Shown in pieces: positions 1 to 8,738 of a DNA stretch of 11,219 nt. Source of the DNA: an uncultured Nitrososphaerales archaeon (lineage in GTDB: Archaea > Thermoproteota > Nitrososphaeria > Nitrososphaerales > Nitrososphaeraceae); assembly GCA_963709405.1 (NCBI GenBank), contig CAVPXM010000035.1, forward strand, positions 1 through 11,219, read 5' to 3'. Positions within the stretch are counted from its first letter, which is position 1; every line of letters starts with the position of its first letter. The notes below the pieces were generated by a model. It ran no database searches and was not told the origin of the DNA. It saw only the letters and a program-made list of their open reading frames with translations. Position numbers and translations under genes: made by a program.

Positions 1-370
1 CTCGCGCGTGGCGTAGCCTCGGGCGCGCGTCTCGTCGTCGTCTCCTCGCCGCGCGAGCGCGACGACGTCCTGGCGGCGGGCGTCGAGCCCGCGCGCGTGC
101 GACCCGGGGCAACGCGTTTCCCGAGCCGCCCCCGCGGAGGGCGGAAACCCGCTCGACGGGCTCGTGCCGGAGGGTGCGCCGGTCGTCCTCTACGTCGGCC
201 GTATCGCCGCCGAGAAGGGCGTCGAGCACCTCCTCCAGGCCGCGCGGAGGATGCCTGAGATCCACGTCGTCCTCGCGGGGCCGGACGACCGGCACGGGAC
301 GATGGCCGCGGTCGCCGCCGCACTCGCCGATCCCCGCACGGCAGGCCGGGTACGCGTGCTGCCGCCATGA
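1..370 (+). CDS. Glycosyltransferase family 4 (GT-B fold), partial; high-GC origin, cut off at the junction
   Basis: Frame 1 reads LARGVASGARLVVVSSPRERDDVLAAGVEPARV; after two frameshifts (~103, ~135) it reads PVVLYVGRIAAEKGVEHLLQAARRMPEIHVVLAGPDD, the GT4 C-terminal domain start (YVGR..xxKG). It ends at GRVRVLPP*, before the ADVFVLPS/ExxA motifs. Confidence 0.85.
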
Positions 371-380
371 CCTTGTGCTG
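360..380. other. Abrupt high-GC to low-GC junction (probable chimera point)
   Basis: G+C falls from about 75-80% to about 30-35% within a few bases around GCCGCCATGACC. Reading frames on both sides are broken here. Confidence 0.85.
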
Positions 381-462
381 GGAATGTGATTTTTATACCC
401 TGCAATTTAGATTTGGCCATCATGTTTGTAGGCGCTTTTTTCTGATGGTCGATTTTGTGCAT
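366..462 (-). pseudogene. N-terminal fragment of a low-GC hypothetical protein, truncated at the junction
   Basis: MHKIDHQKKAPTNMMAKSKLQGIKITFPAQGH; KITxPxxG resembles, from memory, the start of a thaumarchaeal Ig-like domain. The rest of ORF 190..462 is antisense to the GT4 gene. Confidence 0.3.
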
Positions 463-1187
463 ATGATAAACTAATTAGAATGTGTGAACCAATAAGCATC
501 AAACAGACAATTACTGTCACTATTAATGGTAAGGATCTATAAGTCAATCTCAACGAGTTCATCCTAGTAAGGGTATAAAATGTTAGATATGAATAGAAGT
601 TGATAAAGGGCTTACATATGACCAGCTAATATGGCATGAGAAATATTGGCTGCGTGAATCACAATTACTGAACCAGTATAATTATCCCTCGCTATCTTGC
701 CATTTTGTCAATTTATTGAAACGTACACTACCAACTTTATCCCATATGACCAACTACTTTCGATCACCCCGATCATTTCAATCTTTATCTAATATCATAT
801 AGAAATAGTTGTAAATTACCTATTGAATTTTTTCAGAACTGGCATAATTATGATTTTTCAAAGTCGATCATCAAGTTTATGTTGAAATGTGGATCATTTG
901 TTATGTTATTGGAATTCTATTTCACCTTAGTCTATCCTAAAAATTTGATTTTAGTTGTGTATAATTTTCTTTAATGAGCGTGGCTAAATGATAAAATTTT
1001 GAAAAATTGATATTTATGGTCATCATCCTCCTTTAGTTTTATTGCTATTCATTATATCGATTTATTCCGTTATCTCCACCAAGACCATTTTAATACGAAT
1101 AACACGACGCTTGATTGTGATTAATTAATGATGCCTTAGATTTGGGATAATCTCTTAGTTATATATCCATGAGCTTCATAGGTTACA

Positions 1188-1382
1188 ATGATGAAAATAA
1201 TAATGCATACACAGCAAGTCCGAACGATCCAATGACTGAAGAAGAAACTAAAAATTTTATGCTATAAAGATAACAACTTACTTATTCGTATAGGATTAGT
1301 GGATGAGAAAGGAGAGCCAAACGTATTTCCTCTTGCATATTACTTTGATGATATCTCTGATAAAAGATATACCATAGTATAG
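1188..1382 (+). pseudogene. Pyridoxamine 5'-phosphate oxidase (PPOX/FMN-binding split barrel) family, N-terminal fragment
   Basis: Joined across frameshifts it reads MKI..NAYTASPNDPMTEEETKNF..KDNNLLIRIGLVDEKGEPNVFPLAYYFDDISDKRY, matching the 'MTxEExxxFL...IGxVDxxGxPxVxPxxY' PPOX start. Not in the ORF track. Confidence 0.65.
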
Positions 1383-1502
1383 TAGTCAGATCACCGATCA
1401 AATCCTGGCTTTAATAGCAACAATGTGGATATTGATATTGAAATAGAGTAAGCATATCAAGAAGACTGAAATTTAAATTAAACTCATAGCCTGACTTTTA
1501 TA

Positions 1503-1861
1503 TTGTCGTCTAGAATGAAATACGTACTGTTCGATTTGCAGGGTAAAGATGCAGGTGTTGCTATTATAAAGATCAATAGGCCTGAAGTACTGAATGCTCT
1601 GAATAAAAAAGTTATGTCAGAATTATCTACACCAATTGACATTGTTGGTGCAGATGATAAAATCAAGGTTCTAATTATAACTGGTACCGGGGAAAGATCC
1701 TTTTGTGCAGGAGCAGACATCAGATATGTAATAAATATTGATCCTATTGAAGAGAAAGATATGCAACTTTTGTTCATACTTTGCTCAATAAAATAGAGAA
1801 TTTAGAAAAACCAGTTATTGCTGCAGTTAATGGTTATGCTTTAGGAGGCGGCTGTGAGCTC
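1503..1861 (+). pseudogene. Enoyl-CoA hydratase/crotonase (3-hydroxypropionyl-CoA dehydratase-like), N-terminal half
   Basis: Contains INRPEVLNALN and ITGTGERSFCAGADI. After a frameshift near 1752 it continues [36 protein letters not shown], then stops abruptly. Confidence 0.9.
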
Positions 1862-1970
1862 TTGACTCGGCATCTTCAAGATTTTCCATTCGCGAATCAT
1901 AGTGAGCACATATAAGAATCACTTCTTCTGATAGTCCAGTCCTTTGAGAACTTAAGACACATTCAAATTT
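1856..1970 (-). pseudogene. M28 family Zn-peptidase internal fragment
   Basis: [28 protein letters not shown] contains the AHYDS Zn-ligand motif and is cut just before the expected PGADDNASG. Confidence 0.75.
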
Positions 1971-2051
1971 CAGTTCCGATAGAAGTCTTCTTAATTGGAA
2001 ATGACGCATGTCTTAGGCTTAAAGGAATTAATATTACAGTTACCACTATTA

Positions 2052-2438
2052 TTAATGAATGTTTGAGCTGTCTATTGCATCCATTATCACTTGCGTCGCA
2101 TGGCTACCAAAATTTGCCTTACAATAGTTTTCATTTCTGAGTTTTGAGTTCAATTTGTTTGTCCTTATTAGCTCTGAAACCCTGTTTACTGCAGCAAGGT
2201 AGTTCATTCCAGATATCCAATCAAGTATAATAGTGCACTTATCACAGACGCTACCTCTTGCATTAGTTGCGTATATTCCATCACAAAAAATACATTTATT
2301 GTATACCATTGATTTACCAGCTCTCGGAGCATTTACACCAAAATGAACCATATTAAAACATGTTATGCACAAACGCTGGTTGCAAGTTGGACATGTATGA
2401 TATTCTTCATTTTTGCTGCATCTTTCACATACTGTCAT
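2052..2438 (-). CDS. Hypothetical Cys-rich multi-zinc-finger protein (128 aa), B-box-like N-terminus
   Basis: Open ORF with five CxxC pairs: CERC-x8-CPTC-x4-CITC-x4-H, then CIFC...CDKC, followed by a helical-looking C-terminus. Confidence 0.7.
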   Translation of the reverse strand: MTVCERCSKNEEYHTCPTCNQRLCITCFNMVHFGVNAPRAGKSMVYNKCIFCDGIYATNARGSVCDKCTIILDWISGMNYLAAVNRVSELIRTNKLNSKLRNENYCKANFGSHATQVIMDAIDSSNIH

Positions 2439-2874
2439 CGCTGTATATCCTTAGGTAGAGAGATAATTATAATATATCTGTAGAGATTTAAGTTATCCAT
2501 TGAGATAGATGGATTCGTACTATTATAATAGGTAAATGCTATACGCCAACTATGCGTGTATGAGGTGTTTGTAGATCTAAAACTAATTTCGTATTGGTCC
2601 TTTTACTACTCGCCTATCACTATAAATATACACTGCTGGCTGCTATTATATAATCGATGACCTTCGATTCGTCTAAACTTATTTGCTTGAGGTCAACAAT
2701 CCTTCTACAATTTCTGTAAATGTGTGTGCCTTCCACCGATATCTATAAAACTCTAGTCCAGTAGCTAAGAGTTTACTTACTGGCTAGCAAAGAAACGTAT
2801 CATAAATGTTACCGAAATGTCATGGAAGTTATATAAAATCCTGTTTACCTTTACAACCTTTTATGATAAATGCT

Positions 2875-3518
2875 GCTTTGTTGCGCGATTCATTATATTT
2901 TAACTGATACTTATTTGACCAATCTGTATTTAGCTTACATATAATAACTATTTGACATGATTGACTGGCCTTCCTATAATGAATCACTAGTCAGGCGTGG
3001 TCAGGTACTGTTGGATTTTGATGTACTAGATGGATTGGATCACGAATTATCTCAAATGAATCTTGGAAAGTTGGTTGATGGATCCCTACAACTACCCATA
3101 TTCCTTTATATATCAAGATCCTAGGTTACATGAGATCTTATTTTCATCCACCATATAGAGAAACACAAGGTGTAGTTATAGCTCATGCAAGTAAAAATGT
3201 TCCAGGCATACCAGATTATAGTACCATTAGTAGACGTATAAACAGACTGGACATCAAAATCAATGAAAAATTAGGAAATGATATTGTGATTGCTTTAGAC
3301 AGCGCTGGCATTAAAGTAGCTAATCGAGGAGAATGGATACGCACAAATGGTATGTTAGAAAAGGTTATCTAAAGATACATGTAGCAGTTGACATCGAGAA
3401 GAAGAAAAGAATCCTGTCTTTGGAGGTAATAAGTGAAGAGGTACATGATGATGGCAGGATGTTGTATGTATGATAGCAATAACAATTTTAGATATCTATC
3501 AAAGAACCAAATTAAACC
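2875..3518 (+). mobile_element. IS5-family (IS903-group-like) element, left end plus decayed transposase, right part missing
   Basis: GCTTTGTTGC at 2875-2884 resembles the IS903-type terminus GGCTTTGTTG. A transposase remnant follows; no matching right TIR was seen in the window. Confidence 0.8.
2957..3518 (+). pseudogene. IS5-family DDE transposase pseudogene
   Basis: MIDWPSYNESLVRRGQVLLDFD...PYRETQG...PDYSTISRR...IALDSAGIKVANRGEW...GYLKIHVAVD...YDSNNNFRYL. Several frameshifts, plus an internal deletion near 3465 that removes the ADG segment before YDS. Confidence 0.9.
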
Positions 3519-3995
3519 TACACCAACTAAGATAAGTTCTCTGACACATTCCCAGTTAGATAATTTCTCATATTCGGATTGAAATGTTTAGTTCTGAAGT
3601 ACTGTCCTAGCCTTATTCTAAATTCTATAAATGATCGATAAAATGTTAATACTGACAGATCATTTTTAGATATATTCCAAAATTCTTCCAGTACCATGAA
3701 TTCTGGTGATGCTGTTGGAAGATAGATTGGTTTTAGAGTATCTTTATGTTCTTCAAAGTACTTCCTTACTTTGAGGGATTTATGATGTTGAGGTGCCATA
3801 TCTAAGAATAAGTAACACTTTGGGAATTTATAACGTACATGCTTTAGGAATTCATAGAATGTATCCTCATTAAACCTTTCAAATTGTCTGAATAGCTGCT
3901 TTCCTTCAAGGTTAATGGCACCAAATATACGGAAATTCCTGTGTGAACCTGTTATTGTAGCCACAGGTCTGGAATCTTTATAGATATGCACATAC
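3519..3995 (-). mobile_element. IS630-family element, 3' part only
   Basis: The transposase C-terminal half runs to a boundary at a TA dinucleotide (3519-3520), exactly where IS5 homology (..IKP) stops. IS630 elements target TA. Confidence 0.75.
3527..3991 (-). pseudogene. IS630-family transposase, DDE_3 domain fragment (no HTH or first Asp)
   Basis: IFGAINLEG...FYEFLK...YLFLDMAPQHH...IYLPTASPEFMVLEEFW, equivalent to the IS630 DNAxxH and LPxYSPELNPIExxW motifs. Confidence 0.9.
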
Positions 3996-4026
3996 CTACT
4001 ATCAACGACAAAAGTGATAAAAAGAC

Positions 4027-4263
4027 ATGCAAAATAGATGTGATAGATGTAACATTACGCTTCATCCAAACTTTATAGGACATCATAGATGTGGTTATGC
4101 CAATTGTCCTGTATGCAAAACTGCGATCACAAATTCAGACTACTGGAATCATATTAGAACACATTCAGGACATGAGAACGATAGTCCTCCTCCGCCACGG
4201 AATGCTGCTTCTTTTGATAAGAGGAGAACTAGCGACAACCATCATCATTATAGCTCACACTAG
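4027..4263 (+). CDS. Small tandem zinc-finger protein (C2HC + C2H2), 78 aa, with a Pro/His-rich tail
   Basis: CDRC-x10-HHRC followed by CPVC-x11-H-x3-H, then SPPPPR and HHHYSSH. Confidence 0.7.
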   Translation: MQNRCDRCNITLHPNFIGHHRCGYANCPVCKTAITNSDYWNHIRTHSGHENDSPPPPRNAASFDKRRTSDNHHHYSSH

Positions 4264-4375
4264 ATGCTTCTTGGTTGTATATACTACGTTAGGTTCTAAT
4301 TATTTTAATGAAATAGAATAGGCAACCGTTGACACATCATCAATCATGAGATCTATCATAGAGAAGCACAGATAA

Positions 4376-4594
4376 GAACTGACAAGTGAAATGACAAAGG
4401 AAACTAAAATAACGGATCCTTATGCTTCATTTGTCGGGAAACACAAGTATTCAAAGATCCAAATCTTGACAGTCGATCAGTTACTGAACTGCAAAAGATC
4501 GAGTATACCATCTACAACAAGTGTTTACCAAGAAGGACCATTAGCAAAAAGCCGAATCATCAAAAAAGATTTTATTCATATAATTACTGTCTAA
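4376..4594 (+). pseudogene. C-terminal remnant of a DNA methyltransferase-Mrr-type endonuclease fusion protein
   Basis: ELTSEMTKETKITDPYAS..KHKYSKIQILTVDQLL..KR..IP.T.S.YQEGPLAK resembles the recalled 'EPTxxMxxEA...Y...YPKIQILTxEELLxGKxP' tail of these fusions. No catalytic motifs are present. Confidence 0.6.
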
Positions 4595-5140
4595 GTACAA
4601 CAATTACTTATCAAATGTCCCGCTACTTTACACCTTTATTTGTCCCACAAAAGAGTATAACGAACCATTGTCACCTATGTCAATAAGTACAACATCTAAT
4701 TATGATTTCTGTACCGATAGAGAATTAGCTGGAGGTATTGTAAATGACACTGCAATTACAAAAATGTTTCTTGAATTACTGCGTTACTAAATATAGTTGA
4801 TTTCATTCCCATTTGAACTCATACTAAAGTGTCATGGTAACAGGGAAAATAGAGATGATGAACCGATAATATATGTATCATTTCGTTGGATGACGGTTTG
4901 TTTTACTTGACTAAGACAGTATAGGATAACAACTAAGTTTCAGGTATTCACCTGAATTGATACGTACATAGTTGTTGTATCATTCGTAGACCGTTAAAGC
5001 GTTACCAAGAATCAAAATAATTTTGAGATTTGAGATACACCACATCTTCGATTCAAGTTTCTATCATATATACTAGAAAGAATAATGATCTTAATTGATC
5101 TTATTTTAAAGATAGCATGTCTTTATATTCAATGTCATTC

Positions 5141-5632
5141 TCAAGAGTCTATCATTTGTTCTTCCTTATCTGTTTTTAGTACAGTCATTAACTCTGATTC
5201 TAGAATATGAGGTATTTTACAGATCTTATTTTCAACTATATCTCTCATCTGGTTTAAATTCTTAGCACGAATTTTTAATAATAAATCAAATTTACCATGC
5301 ATTTCATGCATTTCTAAAACTTCCTCAATTCTTAATAGATCGGATATGATCTGATCTGCCGAACCGGGCGAAATATTTATTCCCATAAATGCCAGGTGAT
5401 CATATCCTAGAAGGTCATTATCTACAGATATTGTAAATTTGTTGATTATACCTGCTGCGATCATTCTTCTAACTCTAATATGCACAGTTGCATCTGAAAC
5501 ACCTATTCGTTTTGCTATATCAACGAATGGTGTTGAAGAGTCTTTATTTAAAATATCGATAATTTTGAGATTAATGTCATCAATTGGCTGAGAATTGGTA
5601 ACACCATGATTCATCCTGGTGTAGTTATGCAT
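5141..5632 (-). CDS. Lrp/AsnC family transcriptional regulator
   Basis: IDDINLKIIDILNKDSSTPFVDIAKRIGVSDATVHIRVRRM (HTH), followed by a RAM domain with EMHGKFDLLLKI. Intact, 163 aa. Confidence 0.95.
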   Translation of the reverse strand: MHNYTRMNHGVTNSQPIDDINLKIIDILNKDSSTPFVDIAKRIGVSDATVHIRVRRMIAAGIINKFTISVDNDLLGYDHLAFMGINISPGSADQIISDLLRIEEVLEMHEMHGKFDLLLKIRAKNLNQMRDIVENKICKIPHILESELMTVLKTDKEEQMIDS

Positions 5633-5653
5633 GATGTTATATGAATAATAGCC

Positions 5654-5661
5654 TATTTAAG
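5654..5661 (-). promoter_or_regulatory. Possible archaeal TATA box for the Lrp gene
   Basis: CTTAAATA lies 22-29 nt upstream of the ATG, the spacing expected for a leaderless archaeal transcript. The AT-rich background makes this weak. Confidence 0.3.
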
Positions 5662-5839
5662 ATAGTCATAAATGTATTTTATAGCTATAGTTAGTAAGTA
5701 ATAAAATATTTGCAGTTACTCCGACAAAATGTTATTAATGTTTTATAATGTACCATGGTCTGTATAAAGTTTATAATATGGAGATAAAGCTGAATGAACT
5801 GTAGATCTTATTTTTTTAAATGAATTATGTATTCAGTAT

Positions 5840-7033
5840 CTAAGATTTTGAAAAACGATGATGAGGATGACGTTTCACATCTAATATGACTTGACCTATG
5901 CATACTATAGCCATGATACCAATGACAAATATTGGCAACACGCTACTGCCTTTTAATATAGCACCAAGAACAAGCACAACTATTGCTCCAACTAAACTAT
6001 AGATTGCAGCATTGTACTTTATTACTCTCCTTGATTTAGCCAACGATGAACTGGGATTAGTCATTATTGATGTCATCTGCAATATTCCTAATGCAATTAA
6101 GCAGAGGAATGTAGAATCACATAGAAGCCATTTCTCGGCAGAGGGCAAAGCTAAAGATTGATTACTTAGCACTACGTGTTCTATACTAACTCCAAACGCG
6201 GTAAACCCGATAATTAACGGAAAATGGTACATATAACCAAGTAACATAAATTCCGATCTGTTTATTTTCACGAAGAGCTTTGATTTCTGAACCGTCAACA
6301 CTATCGAAGTAAATCCACCAGAAACTAAATGCTATGCCTAGGCCAAGTCCGGCAGATATTATAGAAAATATAGTCCAATTGTGAGGAGCAATTCCATTAA
6401 CAACTCCCAGTATGGAGATGCCTAAAACAATAATCGTAAACGATCCGAAACGCTCAGGTAAATGCTGTACATGAGGTGCAAATTGTACTGAAAGGTGTTT
6501 TGCAAACAACAAAGGTGTGCATATATCTACTCCTAATCCTATCATCCACAAAACGAACCTAACTGGTGGAGGTATAAACACTGATACGAACCATATTCCT
6601 GCTGCAATAGAAAATCCTATGGAATATCTCGTGGTAGCTTGACGTGCTCGCTGGAATCTGTCTCCTTGTGCGTAGATATTCTATTACTAAGATGGTACGT
6701 ATTACAGCATAAGACAATGCAAACCAGACCGAATTCTTACCCAATCCATCAGGCACACTTACTGCCATAAAAGGCAGCTGGAGCAACCTGAAGTAGCATG
6801 AGAAGTCGATGTGTCAAATCATCAGTCTCAAATCTTGTTGAATAAAATGTGACACCTGTCCACGACCAAATCACTGGGATAAAAAGCGCGACAAAACTAA
6901 GAAATCCGTATATAGAGACGTCTTGATAGAGATCTCTACTCAGCTGATAGACAATAATGGCAACTACTAGGTCATAAAAATTTTCTAACCATGTAGAATG
7001 ACGCTCTCTGTAGCTTTCCAAATGATTATTCAT
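5840..7033 (-). pseudogene. ltrA: Low temperature requirement protein A (membrane protein), full length but split by three frameshifts
   Basis: Four consecutive overlapping ORFs carry the LtrA motifs ERHSTWLENFYDLV, YSTRFETDD, HLPERFGSFTIIVLG, FWWIYFD and HFPL. Frameshifts lie near 6770, 6645 and 6230. Confidence 0.9.
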
Positions 7034-7062
7034 ATTAGTTTTCTATATATGACTATTGTCAC

Positions 7063-7163
7063 ATGTTGAGTGATCAAAATGAACCAAAACTTGTACAATT
7101 TATTTCAGATTTCTCAGATAAATGTCCTAATAGCCAGATAAGGATTATTGCTCATTCGTTAGG
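7063..7163 (+). pseudogene. Alpha/beta-hydrolase fragment (nucleophile elbow AHSLG)
   Basis: PKLVQFISDFSDKCPNSQIRIIAHSLG. The remainder of ORF 7063..7263 is IS481 left-end sequence. Confidence 0.65.
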
Positions 7164-7217
7164 TGTTGTACTTTCTAACATAGGTGACATTATAGCTTAC
7201 CGACATGGGTTACACTT
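7164..7217 (+). repeat. IS481 left TIR
   Basis: TGTTGTACTTTCTAACATAGGTGACATTATAGCTTACCGACATGGGTTACACTT. Confidence 0.95.
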
Positions 7218-8153
7218 CTGCTGTCAGGAAGTGAATCCATATAGAAATCAGAACAAGGTTTAGTCTAATACATGAAAAAGAATGGACTGGTGATACCATA
7301 AGCATTATTTGTAAAAAATATGGTGTATCCAGAAAGACGTACTATAAGTGGAATAAGAGATACAAACAGAAAGGGATAGAAGGTCTATCAGATACCTCAA
7401 GAAGACCTCATAATATCAAGTACAAAAAAGTAACAGCAGAAGTAGAGGAGACAATACTTGATCTACGATTAAGCAAGAGATTTGGATGTAATAGGATCAA
7501 GTTTAGATTGAGAAAGGTTGTTGGAATCTCATTAAGCACTCGAACTATATACAAGATATTAAAGAGACATTGTCTTAACATCCTTAGATGTAAAGTTAAA
7601 ATACGAAGCTTACAAACGGTTTGCTATGAAGCATCCAAATGATATGGTACAGATGGATATCCTTGGCCCTTTCTATCTGAGCAATTCCAGTCAAAGGAAT
7701 TACATCATTAGCTGTTTAGACGACTGCTCTAGGAAGGTAGTTAGCAAGTGGTCTGAAAGAAAGAGGTCAGTGGATGTTCTGGACGTATTAGAGGATTGGA
7801 TAGTGATCAATGGCAAACCTGATAGAGTAATGCATGACAATGGAAAGCAGTTTACATCTAACATATTCAGACATTTCCTCGTACACAATCAGATAAAGGA
7901 TAAACAAATACCAAATCGCTATCCGGAGCTTCAGGGTAAAGTGGAAGCATATAACAAGATAGTGAAGAATGAATTTCTAGCAGTTGAGGATATACCAAAC
8001 ACAGATGATGGTAAACAAAGGTATGATATGTTTGTAAAAGCGTATAATGAAACTAGAGAACATGGAGGAATAAATGGTCTTACTCCATCAGAGATGTTTC
8101 TACAAAGATTAATTACATCCACCATACATACAAGAACAAGGAGCAAAGTGTAA
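7205..8153 (+). pseudogene. IS481-family transposase with an early in-frame stop and one frameshift
   Basis: MGYTSAVRK* (TGA 7232-7234), then ICKKYGVSRKTYYKWNKRYKQKGIEGLSDTSRRPH (HTH), an extra base near 7609, then QMD...HDNGKQF...GKVEAYN with the DDE triad intact. Confidence 0.9.
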
Positions 8154-8199
8154 CCCATGTAGGTACTTAATAATGTAACCTATCTGTGCAAGTACAACA
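8146..8199 (-). repeat. IS481 right TIR
   Basis: Reverse complement reads TGTTGTACTTGCACAGATAGGTTACATTATTAAGTACCTACATGGGTTACACTT. Confidence 0.95.
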
Positions 8200-8356
8200 G
8201 TTAGGAATGGATCTTAGGACTAAATACGAACATGTAGGCGCGCAAAGTGCGATGGCAGGTAAGGGATACTGGACTGCAAACAATTTATCTTGAGACGTAC
8301 ATCATGCATACGTAAATCCTGTTTGTGGCCAGAAAGATCACAATAGTAAAAAAATC

Positions 8357-8689
8357 ATGGAATTAAGCCACGATGGCCTTAGACTTGCTTAGGTAGATAC
8401 GTCGGCCTTTAACGCGACATATGATGCGGGCTTTTTCGTATTACCAACAAGTGTGAATCAGAGTCAATTAGGTATTGGACTTGACACCAAATATCAAGGT
8501 GTTGGGGTAGGTATAGCGTTAGGCAATGGGCATATAGATATGGATATGTTATATCAAGACGTCACGACATTCAGGGCGTGTATCGAGCACTATCATTTTA
8601 AGCCGGGTACGACAAATTCCATGAGTGTTACGAAGCACTTAGTTAGCCTCGGAAAGGCCCAGAATGGACACCGTGGATATACGGAGTAG
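8357..8689 (+). pseudogene. Hypothetical protein, possibly decayed
   Basis: The frame of ORF 8453..8689 extends upstream to ATG 8357 with one TAG at 8390-8392 (MELSHDGLRLA*VDTSAFNATYDAGFFVLP...). No family recognised. Confidence 0.3.
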
Positions 8690-8706
8690 GATCCTGGTCT
8701 GCGTTT

Positions 8707-8738
8707 GGCCAATTATCTATTCGCAGTTGGTCTATGGG
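8707..8738. repeat. 32-bp dispersed palindromic repeat, copy 1
   Basis: GGCCAATTATCTATTCGCAGTTGGTCTATGGG; 28/32 identical to 9901-9932. Confidence 0.85.

Larger units (their letters stand above)
7164..8199 (+). mobile_element. IS481-family insertion sequence, full length (1036 bp), with TSD GTTAGG
   Basis: TGT...ACA termini, 54-bp imperfect TIRs (44/54 identical), a 6-bp direct repeat GTTAGG at 7158-7163 and 8200-8205, and an HTH + rve integrase transposase. Confidence 0.95.

Noticed and set aside
174-389. ORF 174..389 (+) and the high-GC part of 190..462 (-)
   Set aside because: Alternative-frame and antisense shadows of the GT4 gene in high-GC DNA.
507-756. Short repeats ACAATTACTG (507, 661) and CATATGACCARCTA (615, 743)
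   Set aside because: Only two copies each, with unequal spacing in AT-rich DNA; not an array and plausibly chance.
1484-1777. ORF 1484..1777 (-)
   Set aside because: Antisense shadow of the crotonase.
4091-4321. ORF 4091..4321 (+)
   Set aside because: Overlaps the zinc-finger ORF in another frame and has no recognisable motif.
4600-5100. Possible gene remnants between the MTase tail and Lrp
   Set aside because: Short open stretches on both strands, but no family I can recognise.
7700-8158. ORFs 7700..7888 and 7931..8158 (-)
   Set aside because: Antisense to the IS481 transposase.
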